A stretch of 64,000 bases of DNA from a virus (lineage: Duplodnaviria > Caudoviricetes): positions 13,188-77,187 of the IMG/VR virus record IMGVR_UViG_3300047160_010816; one strand, written 5' to 3'. Made by a program: the position numbers and the translations under genes. Below are positions 9,839 to 19,894 of the stretch, in pieces (the first letter of the stretch is position 1; the number at the start of each line of letters is the position of its first letter). The notes beneath the pieces are model-generated. The model saw only the letters and a program-made list of their open reading frames with translations, made no database searches and was not told the origin of the DNA.

Positions 9839-10863
9839 GGACTGGGTCTCTTGTGTATGCTGTGGATCGAGGTCTAGGTCATCTGGCCAAAGCGTTTTAT
9901 GACCACGGCATTGTCACGAACGTAATGATAATCGAGCACGCATCTATTCGACCGACACGAACGGAGTGGTATCCCGAAGGAACCCCGGTCATACCGATCC
10001 GTCGGCTATCCGAAGGTCGCGAAGCAATCCAGAACTTCCTGAAGGGGCTGGATATCTTTTTAGCGTTCGAAACTCCTTATCTTTGGGATAACTTTGATTT
10101 CTGTAGGGAGCACCACGTAACGTCGGTTCTGGAAGTGATGCTGGAGTGTACCCCCGAGATGCACAGCCAACCCGACTACTATCTCTGCCCCAGCTTATGG
10201 GAGCTGGACTATTTCATGAAGAAGAGGCTGAAGGGGGCCTACCTACCAGTACCCATCGACACCAGGCTGACGCCGTGGCGTAAGAGGGAGGTGGCCCACC
10301 ACTTTGTTCACAACGGCGGCTACCTCGGCCTTCGCGGTCGGGAGGGAACAGCCATCCTGGCCGAGGCGCTGAAGTACGTCAAGAGCCCGGCCATCTTTAC
10401 CGTCCGGGTCCAGGAGCGGCCCACCGACTCCGTGGAGGAGTTGTTCAAGCATGACCCCCGCGTGACCTACATCCACGGTAACACGCCCTACGCCGAGCTA
10501 TTCGCCGGCGGTGACGTGTACGTCGCTCCTCAGAAGTTCAACGGGCTATCGCTCCCCCTCCAGGAGGCTCACGCCAGCGGGATGGCCGTATTGACCACCG
10601 ACCGCTTCCCCATGAACAAGTGGCTGCCGCCCCGGCCTCTGGTCAAGCCGCGGACCACGGTGCCGGGGGTGAAGGTCGGCGGCCCGTACATCCCCTTCGA
10701 GGAGTCGCTGGTCCACCCGGAGGACCTGGCGGCCAAGATCGACGAGCTGTACGGGACCGACATCACCGTGCTGTCCGACCTGGGCCGCAAGTTTGCCGAG
10801 CGGACCTCGTGGGAGCAGCTGAAACCCGAGTACCTTGCCCTGCTGGAGGGACTGAGGAAGTGA
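9835..10863 (+). CDS. GT-B (GT4-like) glycosyltransferase
   Basis: DVYVAPQKFNGLSLPLQEAHASGMAVLTTD resembles the GT4 E-x7-E region. Confidence 0.8.
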   Translation: MRTGSLVYAVDRGLGHLAKAFYDHGIVTNVMIIEHASIRPTRTEWYPEGTPVIPIRRLSEGREAIQNFLKGLDIFLAFETPYLWDNFDFCREHHVTSVLEVMLECTPEMHSQPDYYLCPSLWELDYFMKKRLKGAYLPVPIDTRLTPWRKREVAHHFVHNGGYLGLRGREGTAILAEALKYVKSPAIFTVRVQERPTDSVEELFKHDPRVTYIHGNTPYAELFAGGDVYVAPQKFNGLSLPLQEAHASGMAVLTTDRFPMNKWLPPRPLVKPRTTVPGVKVGGPYIPFEESLVHPEDLAAKIDELYGTDITVLSDLGRKFAERTSWEQLKPEYLALLEGLRK

Positions 10864-11192
10864 CCAATTACCTCCACCTGGCGGAGTTGTTGGAGAAGGC
10901 GGCCAAGGCTCTACGGGAGGCCGATGAAGTGCTGAAGGGGGTACCGCAGGTCCGGACCGTTACCATCCCCAATCTACGGCTATCCGTGCGCTGTTTGAAG
11001 GTCCTGAACCGGAAAGACATCAGGACGATAGACCGTCTGCTCGACACGACCCCGGAGGAACTCCTGGAATCGCACAACTTCGGGATGACCAGCCTTAGCG
11101 AACTGAGGGAAAAACTGGCAGAGTACGGCCTACATCTAAAGGACGATGACCACTATGCACGTAATCTACGTAGCCAACCACCGGCCACATGA
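10860..11192 (+). CDS. Stand-alone RNA polymerase alpha C-terminal domain-like protein
   Basis: LRLSVRCLKVLNRKDIRTIDRLL...ELLESHNFGMTSLSELREKLAEYGLHL matches the RpoA CTD pattern (LSVR..N.L...NFG.KSL.EI...L...GL.L). Confidence 0.8.
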   Translation: MTNYLHLAELLEKAAKALREADEVLKGVPQVRTVTIPNLRLSVRCLKVLNRKDIRTIDRLLDTTPEELLESHNFGMTSLSELREKLAEYGLHLKDDDHYARNLRSQPPAT

Positions 11193-12063
11193 CAACCTCG
11201 ACGAAGAGGCCATCGCCTGGAGCCTGATGAAGCTGGGCCACACCGTCACCCCGATCCGAGAGGACGGGGCCAAGTTCGTCGGCGTAGACAAGCTGGACGC
11301 CGATTTCCTCCTGTTCCACAAGTGGGAGGACTACGACGTGATGGCCAAGGTTCGGATACCGATGGTGGGGTGGTACTTTGATCTCATCAGCAACCGCGAC
11401 GACCCGACGCTGGCCAGGCGGATGGACGTGCGCCGGAAGTGGTTCAGCAAGGTGCTCCCCCACTGCAAGCTGATGTTCTTCACCGACGGCGACTGGGTGG
11501 ACGCCGATACGACCGGCAAGCTCCGGTTCCTGCCCCAGGGCTGTGACGAGCGGGTGGCCGGCTTCGGCAAGGCACCGAAGAGTGACCGGGGCCGGCCGCC
11601 GATCCTGTTCACCGGCATGGTCAACCACGGCCGCAAGCGGACTGAGCACATCGAACGCCTCCAGGCCCGCTACGGCAACATGTTCGAGGTGTTCGGCGAC
11701 CGTTTCGGCCCGAACTACCGCGTCCACGGCCGCTGCCTGGCCGACCTGATGGCCGACCGTATCGTGATCGCCCCCGACGGTCCCGGCACCGACCGCTACT
11801 GGTCGAACCGGGTCTGGCTGACGCTCAGCCTCGGCGGCTTCCTTCTTCACCCCTATTGCTCCGGCCTGAAAGCCTACTACACCGAGGAGCAGCTGGTTAC
11901 TTACCACGACCGCGACCAACTGGAGGCCCTCATCGACCACAATCTCCAGCACCCCGAGGCCAGGGTCGAGGCGGTCCGCAAAGGCTACGACCGGACCCTG
12001 AAGGAACATACCTACAAGCAGAGGTGCAAGGAGCTGGTCAACACTGTGAAGGGAGTCCTATGA
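11146..12063 (+). CDS. Glycosyltransferase (CgeB/Glyco_trans_1_2-like)
   Basis: FLPQGCDE, ILFTG, YWSNRVWLTL..GGFLL, HTYKQRCKEL. Confidence 0.75.
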   Translation: MTTMHVIYVANHRPHDNLDEEAIAWSLMKLGHTVTPIREDGAKFVGVDKLDADFLLFHKWEDYDVMAKVRIPMVGWYFDLISNRDDPTLARRMDVRRKWFSKVLPHCKLMFFTDGDWVDADTTGKLRFLPQGCDERVAGFGKAPKSDRGRPPILFTGMVNHGRKRTEHIERLQARYGNMFEVFGDRFGPNYRVHGRCLADLMADRIVIAPDGPGTDRYWSNRVWLTLSLGGFLLHPYCSGLKAYYTEEQLVTYHDRDQLEALIDHNLQHPEARVEAVRKGYDRTLKEHTYKQRCKELVNTVKGVL

Positions 12064-12353
12064 AGTTCGACAGCCGCGCGCCCTACAATCACCTGGGCCA
12101 CGTCTACGACGCCAACGGAATGCTGGTGAAGCACCCTCAGGCGAACGCCCGAATCAAGGGTCCCGTCTTCGGTGACACGGAGACGGGGGTAGTCGCCTTC
12201 CGGGCCTGCAATCCGGACGGCAGCCCGACCGAGGGTGACGACAAGGGGCAGGACTACATCTTCGAGACCCTGCCAGCCCCGCTCCTCCTCAAGGCTACCC
12301 CTGGCTCCGAGGACTGGTTCCCCAGGACGGGGGAGGAGAAGTTTCCACCATGA
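12060..12353 (+). CDS. Hypothetical protein
   Basis: ATG overlaps the upstream stop; 97 aa. Confidence 0.55.
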   Translation: MKFDSRAPYNHLGHVYDANGMLVKHPQANARIKGPVFGDTETGVVAFRACNPDGSPTEGDDKGQDYIFETLPAPLLLKATPGSEDWFPRTGEEKFPP

Positions 12354-13204
12354 AAGTCTACTTCCCCGACTTCTACACCGAGTGCCACCGCACCGCCGCC
12401 GACGGCCTCCGCCTGGCCAACCTGCTGGCGGGGGAGGGGATAACGTGCAGCACCGACAGGGCCGGCTGCTCCCTCACCCTGTGCGGCTCGATCTTCGTCC
12501 TCCACAAGGCGGTCGGGGCCGGCCTCCCCACCGTCTACTACAACTGGGACCTCTACCCCTGGCAGGTGAAGGCCCCGCGGCCCACGCTCCCCTGGCGGGC
12601 CTACGTCCATGCCCTGCGGACGGCCAGGGAGATATGGGTGCCCAACAGAGGAACGGCGGTCCGGACGGCAGAGTTCACCGAGCGCGACTCGGTGATCATC
12701 AAGCCCTGCTACCGGCCGTGGGAGCCGGCTTCCGGCCCCGGCGGCTGCGTCGTGGACGTGATGCGGCCTTACACCCAGGACCCCTGCTACGGCTGGGTGA
12801 AGCGAGCCTGCGACGATCTGGGGCTGCCGTGCGTCGAGACCAGGTGCTCCCTGCCGTGGGACCAGTACCGGGCCGCCGTCGGCGGGGCGCGACTGCTGGT
12901 CTCGGCCTACCACGAGGCCAGCACCGGCGGTCTTTCCCTGCTGGAGGGCTACCACCACGGGGCGCATGTCCTGGTCAACGACAGTCCCTTCCAGGGGGCC
13001 AACGACCTGTTCGGAGGCCGAGTCTGGACCTTCAAGGACGGTGACTTCGATGACTTGAAACGGGTGCTGAAGCAGCTGTGGGACGTGACGGTCCTGCCCA
13101 CGCCGAGTCGCCTGGAGGAGCGGCGGGAGTGGCTAACTGAGAACTACTCGGAGACCACCTTTGCCAAGCGAGTGGCTGCCCGACTGAAGGAGATCGCGGC
13201 GTGA
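12350..13204 (+). CDS. GT-B glycosyltransferase-like protein
   Basis: LLVSAYHEASTGGLSLLEG motif. Confidence 0.65.
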   Translation: MKVYFPDFYTECHRTAADGLRLANLLAGEGITCSTDRAGCSLTLCGSIFVLHKAVGAGLPTVYYNWDLYPWQVKAPRPTLPWRAYVHALRTAREIWVPNRGTAVRTAEFTERDSVIIKPCYRPWEPASGPGGCVVDVMRPYTQDPCYGWVKRACDDLGLPCVETRCSLPWDQYRAAVGGARLLVSAYHEASTGGLSLLEGYHHGAHVLVNDSPFQGANDLFGGRVWTFKDGDFDDLKRVLKQLWDVTVLPTPSRLEERREWLTENYSETTFAKRVAARLKEIAA

Positions 13205-13554
13205 AAGAGAACGGCTTCAACTATGCTAAGCACGTCCTGCCCTTTACGTCAGTCCACTACCACGAGGGGCCGGAGGGCTATATCGTTTGGCGGCTCGGTA
13301 CCGGGGAGAACGTGGAGCTGCTCCATATCAGGGGCAACGGCTTCGCCCTGCTGAAGGTCATGCTCCTCCGACTGAAGGACCGGCCCCCCTACCACACGGT
13401 GTTCGGCTTCACCCGGACGGGCAACTGGGACGCTCTCTACTTCTACAAGCGAGCCGGCTTCCAACCGTCCAACGTGGACGGTGTCTACAAGGACGGGGTC
13501 GCCACCATCTTCTCCGCCCCCTACGAGGAGCTATGCAAGAGGTACCTGTCATGA
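13201..13554 (+). CDS. GNAT-like acetyltransferase
   Basis: VELLHIRGNGFALL...N.DALYFYKRAGF resembles GNAT motifs A/B. Confidence 0.6.
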   Translation: MKENGFNYAKHVLPFTSVHYHEGPEGYIVWRLGTGENVELLHIRGNGFALLKVMLLRLKDRPPYHTVFGFTRTGNWDALYFYKRAGFQPSNVDGVYKDGVATIFSAPYEELCKRYLS

Positions 13555-14252
13555 AGCTACTGGCCACTGCGGTCTGGACCAGCTGCTCCCGTGCCCCCTT
13601 CCTGTTGGAAGAGTCGGCGCTGCGTTGGGGGATACCACTTCACCCTGTCCACAGAGATAAGCCGTGGGCCGGGTTCTATCAGAGTAAGGTAGTCAACTTC
13701 TGGTGGGAGGCATCCACCCAGGAGTGGGATGTGCTCCTCCACTGCGACGGCGGCGACGCCTTCTTCACCGGCCCGGATGCTCTGGAAAGGACTGAGGCCG
13801 CTCTGGATTCCTGCGGAAAGGACATACTCGTATCGGGGGAGGGGAACTGCTTCCCGTGGCCGAAGCGGCATGGGGACCGGTTCACCGACCCCCGCCCCTA
13901 CCGCTACCCCAACTCCGGGATCTGGGTCGGGCGGCGGGAAGCCCTGACAGACCTGTTCGCCAGGTTCATTGCATCAGCCGAGAATGATGACGGCTATCAG
14001 GAAAGCGGGTGGGGCCGCTCGAACATGGACCAGGTCCACTGGTGTGAGGCCGCCCTGGATGGTCTGGTTGCCGTGGACGCGGGCAACGACTGGTGCCTCA
14101 ACCTTTACGGGCGCTCCGACGCGGAGGCCCGTTCGGCGGTCCTGACCCGGGGGACAATAGCCCCCTTCGTCCACTGGTCGAGCGAGGAGAACGAGAACAA
14201 GGTACGCAATCTCTACAGAGCACATGTTGACGGGAGGAGCCGATGGCTATAA
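13551..14252 (+). CDS. PLOD/LH3-type GT-A glycosyltransferase domain protein
   Basis: LLHCDGGDAFF, ILVSGEGNCFPWP, YRYPNSGIWVG, DQ motif. Confidence 0.7.
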   Translation: MKLLATAVWTSCSRAPFLLEESALRWGIPLHPVHRDKPWAGFYQSKVVNFWWEASTQEWDVLLHCDGGDAFFTGPDALERTEAALDSCGKDILVSGEGNCFPWPKRHGDRFTDPRPYRYPNSGIWVGRREALTDLFARFIASAENDDGYQESGWGRSNMDQVHWCEAALDGLVAVDAGNDWCLNLYGRSDAEARSAVLTRGTIAPFVHWSSEENENKVRNLYRAHVDGRSRWL

Positions 14253-14959
14253 ACAACTACTGCGCCTGCACACCGGTCTGTGAAGAAGACGCGGTGCGGT
14301 GGCTCGACCAGTACCTGGCGGAGGTGGAGCGTCTACAATGCTTCTTCGCCCTCCACTTCGACCACTGCTCCCACAGGACCAAAGAGAAGGCCCGTCGCCA
14401 CCCTGCCTTCCTGGGGGCCACCTCCAATGATGACCCGCAGACGCCACATGCCGAGAGGCACCGGGCCGGCCCGTACGGAGTGGCTAAGGGACACTTCTGC
14501 GTGGCCGCCCTGACCTGGGACATCGACGAGACGTGGGAGAAGGACGCGCCGGCCAAGTTTGATGCCGTCCTGAACAACGGCCTCCATTGGGATGCCGCCA
14601 AGGTCCACTGGATCAATCTATGGGGTGACGAGCGGCACATCCGGACCGACAACCCGAGCAACGCCTACAGGGATCGGCTCCTCCGCCTGGACAGCGGCAT
14701 ACGCTGGCACTGGAGGGGTCCCATCATCGTGGACCCCTACGCTGACAAATGCTGGGAATCCGTCCGGGTATTGAAGACCGATCTCGTCTGCCTCCACCAT
14801 GGCCTGATGACCCGTGAGCTACGCCTCCAGCACAAGAAACGTTGGGACCGGGTCTACGGCCACTTCACGAGCGACGGCAAGAACCCCTACGGTTATTGGG
14901 ACTACATCCTCGACGAGGAAGCCCACCCGCCCGTGATAGAGGAGAACAAGTACCGATGA
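14243..14959 (+). CDS. GT2-like glycosyltransferase
   Basis: ALTWDIDETW (DxD), CLHHGLMTRELR. Confidence 0.6.
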   Translation: MAINNYCACTPVCEEDAVRWLDQYLAEVERLQCFFALHFDHCSHRTKEKARRHPAFLGATSNDDPQTPHAERHRAGPYGVAKGHFCVAALTWDIDETWEKDAPAKFDAVLNNGLHWDAAKVHWINLWGDERHIRTDNPSNAYRDRLLRLDSGIRWHWRGPIIVDPYADKCWESVRVLKTDLVCLHHGLMTRELRLQHKKRWDRVYGHFTSDGKNPYGYWDYILDEEAHPPVIEENKYR

Positions 14960-15459
14960 ATGAGCACCTGCTGCAACCGAGCTACTGGGGTGAGCGGTTG
15001 AGGGCGGCCCGGATCGTGGACCGGCTCCACGAGTCCGTCTTCCGCGGCGTGGACCCCGAGTGGTGGAAGCGGATGACCGACTACCGGCGGAAGAAGCTGG
15101 CGGAGGTCGTCAAACCAGAGGACAGTGTCCTCGACGCCGGCTGCTGCTGGGGCTGGCTCCTCGACATCCTGCCCGACGGTTGGAAGGGCGACTACCTCGG
15201 GGTGGACCTGTCACCCGACTTCGTGGCCCTGGCCCGTCAGAGGTACCCCGGCAGGGCCTTCGTGGTCGGTGATCTCCTGAAGCCGGAGACCATCGACCTC
15301 GGGGGCCGCCACTTCACCTGGGCCTACGTCGGCTCGGTCAAGAGCATGTTCACCAATCAGATCGGCGGCGACTCGTGGGAGCGGATCGAGGCGTTCCTCC
15401 GCTCGGTGGCCGACGACCTGATCGTCTACGAGTACCAGGATTGGGTCTACGGGACATAA
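14956..15459 (+). CDS. Class I SAM-dependent methyltransferase
   Basis: SVLDAGCCWG...YLGVDLSPDFVALAR. Confidence 0.85.
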   Translation: MNEHLLQPSYWGERLRAARIVDRLHESVFRGVDPEWWKRMTDYRRKKLAEVVKPEDSVLDAGCCWGWLLDILPDGWKGDYLGVDLSPDFVALARQRYPGRAFVVGDLLKPETIDLGGRHFTWAYVGSVKSMFTNQIGGDSWERIEAFLRSVADDLIVYEYQDWVYGT

Positions 15460-15465
15460 CCAACC

Positions 15466-15990
15466 ATGACACAGCCAATTTTCGAGACGAAGTTCTGGCA
15501 GGAGCGGCTGGGGCAGGCCGTGGCGCGGGGGGAGGTCCACCGGGCCATCTTCGAGTGCCACCTGTCCCTGTGGGAGCAGATAACCAACCGACACAAGTAC
15601 ATCCTGTCCAACCGCTTCTTCGGCCGGCCGAAGGACTCGGTCCTCGACCTGGGCTGCGGTTGGGGCCGGTTGCTATCGCTGATGCCGGAGAACTGGGAGG
15701 GGGACTACCTCGGCATCGACCTGTCGCCGGAGTTCCTGGCCCTGGCCCGCGCCGCCTACAAGGACCGGATGTTCCTCCAGCTGGACCTGCGGAGGTATGG
15801 TACCACCGGCATGGAGCGGATCTACGATTGGGCCGTCCTCGTCTCCATCCGGGATATGCTCCTCTCGGACGCCGGCGGGGAGGTTTGGGAGAAGGTCGAG
15901 GCCAACCTGAAGAAGTGTTGCCGGCGAATCCTCATCCTGGAGTATTCTGAGACCGATCAGGGGGAAATTATCGAGGGGGAAGTGACATGA
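15466..15990 (+). CDS. Class I SAM-dependent methyltransferase (tandem paralogue)
   Basis: SVLDLGCGWG...YLGIDLSPEFLALAR. Confidence 0.85.
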   Translation: MTQPIFETKFWQERLGQAVARGEVHRAIFECHLSLWEQITNRHKYILSNRFFGRPKDSVLDLGCGWGRLLSLMPENWEGDYLGIDLSPEFLALARAAYKDRMFLQLDLRRYGTTGMERIYDWAVLVSIRDMLLSDAGGEVWEKVEANLKKCCRRILILEYSETDQGEIIEGEVT

Positions 15991-16040
15991 GCAAGAGACG
16001 CGCCGACCTATTCCGATGGTCCACACGTTAGGAGGTCAAT

Positions 16041-17054
16041 ATGAGAGAGGTAAGGAACTGCAATGTATGTGTCACCGGCGGGGCAGGATTTCTTGGCTCC
16101 CATCTCGTGGACTATCTAATCCAGGACCGTGAGTGTAGGGTTGTGGTCATCGATAACCTGTGCGCCGGCCGTCGGGAGTTCGTTCATCCACAAGCGACCT
16201 TCGTCCACCACGATATAACTGGGTCGGAAGAGTTTATGCGTAAGCTCTTTCAACAACGTAACGTGGAATATGTTTTTTCCTATGCCGCCCACCCATATGT
16301 CCCCGATTCCTTTGACCGCCCCATCCATGTGGCGATGGTCAACCACATCGGGGCTCTGCGGGTCATCAACGCCGCCCAGGAGGCCGGCTGCAAGGGCGTC
16401 CTCCAGGTATCCTCCGCGGAGGTGTACGGGGATTCGGCCTCCTACAATGGTCGGAACAGGATCACGGAGGATGATTATATCGAACCGCACTCCAGCTACG
16501 GGGCGGCCAAAGCGGCGGTGGACGCCATGATACCGATACGGTGGAGGGAGGCGAAGACCCCCGTCATCGGCCTGCGTCAGTTCAACTGCCTGGGCGAGAG
16601 GGATGTGCTCCATCCTTACGTGGTTGTGGAGATCGCCCGGCAGCTCCACGAGGTCAAGGACCGTGCTGGTAAGTTCGTCCCCAACACGACGCCGGTCATC
16701 ATGCTCGGCAACAACAGCACCAGGGACTTCATGTACGCCGGCGATGCGGTCAAGGCGGCCGTGGAGCTGATGGAGAAAGGCGAATTTGGGCAGGTCTACA
16801 ACCTGGGGTCAGAGGAGTCAGTCAAAGTGTACTTCCTGGCGGGAGTCATCGGTGCGGTTATGGGGTTCAAGGACGTGAAGGTCGAGCAGGACCCGTGTCG
16901 GGTGCGGCCGTGGGAGATCTGGCACCTGCAATCGGACAACAGCAAGCTGTACGAGGCCCTGGGGCACCGGACCCACTTCATGCCGCTAGTTGAATCCGTG
17001 CGGCGGACCATTGGATATTACGAGGAGACAGGGTGGGTGTTCCCGTGGAAGTGA
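16041..17054 (+). CDS. NAD-dependent nucleotide-sugar epimerase/dehydratase (extended SDR)
   Basis: VTGGAGFLGSHL, SSAEVYG, YGAAK, RDFMY. Confidence 0.95.
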   Translation: MREVRNCNVCVTGGAGFLGSHLVDYLIQDRECRVVVIDNLCAGRREFVHPQATFVHHDITGSEEFMRKLFQQRNVEYVFSYAAHPYVPDSFDRPIHVAMVNHIGALRVINAAQEAGCKGVLQVSSAEVYGDSASYNGRNRITEDDYIEPHSSYGAAKAAVDAMIPIRWREAKTPVIGLRQFNCLGERDVLHPYVVVEIARQLHEVKDRAGKFVPNTTPVIMLGNNSTRDFMYAGDAVKAAVELMEKGEFGQVYNLGSEESVKVYFLAGVIGAVMGFKDVKVEQDPCRVRPWEIWHLQSDNSKLYEALGHRTHFMPLVESVRRTIGYYEETGWVFPWK

Positions 17055-17225
17055 ACGAGGCGATGGCCTGGCGCTACTGGGCCATCAAGGGGTGGCAAGG
17101 GTTTTTGAACCGGCTCGACCGGTTCACGAGCACCAGCCCGCTGACCGACTGGGAGCGGAAGGAACTGGAAGTGGCCGTGCGGCGGTTACAGGAGATACTG
17201 ACCAGGGGGCAGAAAGGAGACTAGG

Positions 17226-18563
17226 GTGGGAGGAGCAAGAGTAGTCTTCTGTACAACATGTAAAAATCGGCTGGACCACCTGGCCAAGACACTACCGAAG
17301 AACGTCAGTGACAATCCGTCGGCCCGGACGGTACTCCTGGACTACAACAGCCAGGACGGCTTGGAGGACTGGGTCAAGACGTACAACGGCCGGCGAGACC
17401 TGCTGGGCGGTAACCTGGTCGTCTACAAGTTCACCGAACCGTCACCCTTCAGAATGGCCCACGCCAAGAACCTGGCCCACCGGCTGGGTATCCTGGAGGG
17501 AGGGGAGGTGCTGGTCAACCTCGACGCCGACAACTACGCAGGCCACCGCTTCGACTTGTACCTGGGGGAGCAGTTCGAGGCTCCCGACGTGTTCCTGTGG
17601 TCGCGGATGGTTAAGGGCGAGATGAGGCGGGGCATTAGCGGCCGGATAGCCGTCACCAGGGACGCCTTCCTCCTGTCGGGGGGCTACGACGAGGTGTTCG
17701 CCAAGTGGGGGCCGGACGACAAAGATTTCAACGTCCGCCTCCGTCGGCTCGGCTTCGAGGGCAAGGAGATCGACCCTAAGTTCCTGGAGGCCCTGACCCA
17801 CAACGACAAGATGAGGTTCAGGGAGTACCCGGAGGTGCGAACCCTGGTCAAGGACGGTGTCTACCACGAGGGCTTTAACCTGGAGAGCCGGGCCGACGTG
17901 ACCGTGGCCAACGCCGGCAAGGTCGGCTGCGGGGTCGTCTACCGCAACTACGAGGGTGGGCCGGTCGAGGTCGGTCCGCTTCCCTCCAGGGTGTTCGGGG
18001 TGGGGATGCACAAGACGGCGACGGTGTCCCTGCATAAGGCGTTCGAGGCGCTGGGCATCCGCAGCGCCCACTGGCCCTCCGCCCACTGGGCCAAGGCCGT
18101 CTACCGTGAGATGAACGAGGTCGGGCGGTCGGCCACGCTGGAGAAGGTCTACGCCGCCTGCGACCTGCCGCTGACGCTGCTGTACCAGCAGCTGGACAAA
18201 GCCTACCCCGGTTCCAAGTTCGTCTTAACAGTCCGCGACGAGGACAAATGGGTCGAGAGCGTCCGCAAGCACTGGAACCCGGCCACCAACCCGTTCCGCG
18301 ACCAGTGGGACACCGACCCCTTTACCCACCGCGTCCACCAGGTCCTCTACGGTCGCCAGGACTTCGACGCCGAAACGATGCTGGCCCGCTACCGGCGGCA
18401 TAACCAGGAGGTCCGGGACTACTTCCGCGGCAGGCCCCAGGACCTGCTGGTCATGGACTTCGACCAGGGGGCCGGCTGGTACGAGCTGTGCGGCTTCCTG
18501 AAGCTGCCGTTACCCAAACCCAAGCGACCTTTCCCTAGGGAGAACAGGAGTAAAGAAACATGA
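17226..18563 (+). CDS. GT2/GT7C-like glycosyltransferase fused to a sulfotransferase-like P-loop domain
   Basis: N-terminal LVNLDAD, GGYDE.F..WGPDD.DF..RL; C-terminal VFGVGMHKTATVSL...KFVLTVRD..KWVES. Confidence 0.8.
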   Translation: MGGARVVFCTTCKNRLDHLAKTLPKNVSDNPSARTVLLDYNSQDGLEDWVKTYNGRRDLLGGNLVVYKFTEPSPFRMAHAKNLAHRLGILEGGEVLVNLDADNYAGHRFDLYLGEQFEAPDVFLWSRMVKGEMRRGISGRIAVTRDAFLLSGGYDEVFAKWGPDDKDFNVRLRRLGFEGKEIDPKFLEALTHNDKMRFREYPEVRTLVKDGVYHEGFNLESRADVTVANAGKVGCGVVYRNYEGGPVEVGPLPSRVFGVGMHKTATVSLHKAFEALGIRSAHWPSAHWAKAVYREMNEVGRSATLEKVYAACDLPLTLLYQQLDKAYPGSKFVLTVRDEDKWVESVRKHWNPATNPFRDQWDTDPFTHRVHQVLYGRQDFDAETMLARYRRHNQEVRDYFRGRPQDLLVMDFDQGAGWYELCGFLKLPLPKPKRPFPRENRSKET

Positions 18564-18805
18564 GCGACACCGAGATCACCATCGAGCAGTCAGTCACTCT
18601 GGCGCGGCAATTCTGCGTCGAGTACGAGAAGAACCCGGACCCCGACAACCTCGGCTGGTACTGGCTGGCCAAGCACTTCCTGGAACTCTACCAGGAGAAC
18701 AAGGCCCTGCGCCACGTGGTCCAGACGGTGCGGAAACGGAAGAGGAAGCGGAAGGGGAGATGGAACGGCGGCGACCAGCCGACCCTGTATAGGAGGAAGA
18801 GATGA
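18560..18805 (+). CDS. Hypothetical protein with a basic tail
   Basis: 81 aa, coupled start and stop. Confidence 0.5.
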   Translation: MSDTEITIEQSVTLARQFCVEYEKNPDPDNLGWYWLAKHFLELYQENKALRHVVQTVRKRKRKRKGRWNGGDQPTLYRRKR

Positions 18806-19821
18806 GAGCGCACGAACGATTAGAGAGGGAGTTCGGCGATTGGGTCCACGACGGCCGCCACTACGTCGCCTGCTCCTCCGGCACGGCAGCCCTCCATCTG
18901 GCCCTGGAGGCGCTGCGCCTGCCGCCGGGCTCGACGGTGCTGGTGCCCGACTTCACGATGGTAGCCTGCGCCCGTGCCGTGGTGCTGGCAGGGCTGACGC
19001 CAGCCTTCGTGGACTGCGGGGAAGACCTTAACATGGACGAGACGGCCTTGAAAGAGGCCCTTCGTGGGAGAAGAGAGCTAGTGAACTGGGAGGAATACGA
19101 GGCCGGGGCCGCGATGTACGTTCACGTCTATGGTCGTCGGTGCCCAATAGAACCAACCTCCCATCGGGAAGATCAATTTATTATCGAGGACCTCGCCGAG
19201 GCCCACGGTATCAAGCCCCACGAGGCCACCGACGCCGCCTGCTGGAGCTTCTACCACAATAAAATCATCGCCGGGGAAGAGGGGGGCATGGTCGCCTTCA
19301 AGAACCCGGCCCACGCCGACCTGGCCCGCTCTCTCCGCAACGTCGGCTTCGGCCCCGCCCACGACTTCATCCACGTTCCGCGCGGACACAACTACCGTCT
19401 GGCGGACTGTCTGGCGGAGAAGGTCCTCATCAGTCTCTGCCGCTACTACGACAACATGCACCACCGGCGCGAGGCGGTGATGTGGTACGACCGCTCTCTG
19501 CCCCACGGGGAATGGCGGATAGGGCCGCGGGCCGCCCCGTGGACCTACGACCTACGGGTACCAGGGCTGAAGCGGTCGGGGCAGGCGCGGATCGTGGCCG
19601 CCCTGAACAAGGAGGGGATAGCGGCACGGATGGGCTTCTACCCTCTCTCCCTCCAGGAAGAGTTCAGGGGCTGCAAGCGGTTCGGCAACCAGAAATCCTA
19701 CTCGGCCTCTCAGGAGGTTTTCTATCTACCGCTGACGCCGGGGGAGGTGACCGAGGGGACGGCCCGGCTGGCGATGGACACGATCAAGAGGGTACTGGAG
19801 GAGCACCGCGCCCCCCGCTGA
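18802..19821 (+). CDS. DegT/DnrJ/EryC1/StrS sugar aminotransferase
   Basis: CSSGTAALHLAL, IIEDLAEAHG, SFYHNKIIAGEEGGM (PLP lysine). Confidence 0.92.
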   Translation: MRAHERLEREFGDWVHDGRHYVACSSGTAALHLALEALRLPPGSTVLVPDFTMVACARAVVLAGLTPAFVDCGEDLNMDETALKEALRGRRELVNWEEYEAGAAMYVHVYGRRCPIEPTSHREDQFIIEDLAEAHGIKPHEATDAACWSFYHNKIIAGEEGGMVAFKNPAHADLARSLRNVGFGPAHDFIHVPRGHNYRLADCLAEKVLISLCRYYDNMHHRREAVMWYDRSLPHGEWRIGPRAAPWTYDLRVPGLKRSGQARIVAALNKEGIAARMGFYPLSLQEEFRGCKRFGNQKSYSASQEVFYLPLTPGEVTEGTARLAMDTIKRVLEEHRAPR

Positions 19822-19894
19822 AGAACCTTGTGCTTCTTGCTCCACACGGGACTGAGGCGGGGGGATGCGGTTACTACGATTATACCAGCGCACG

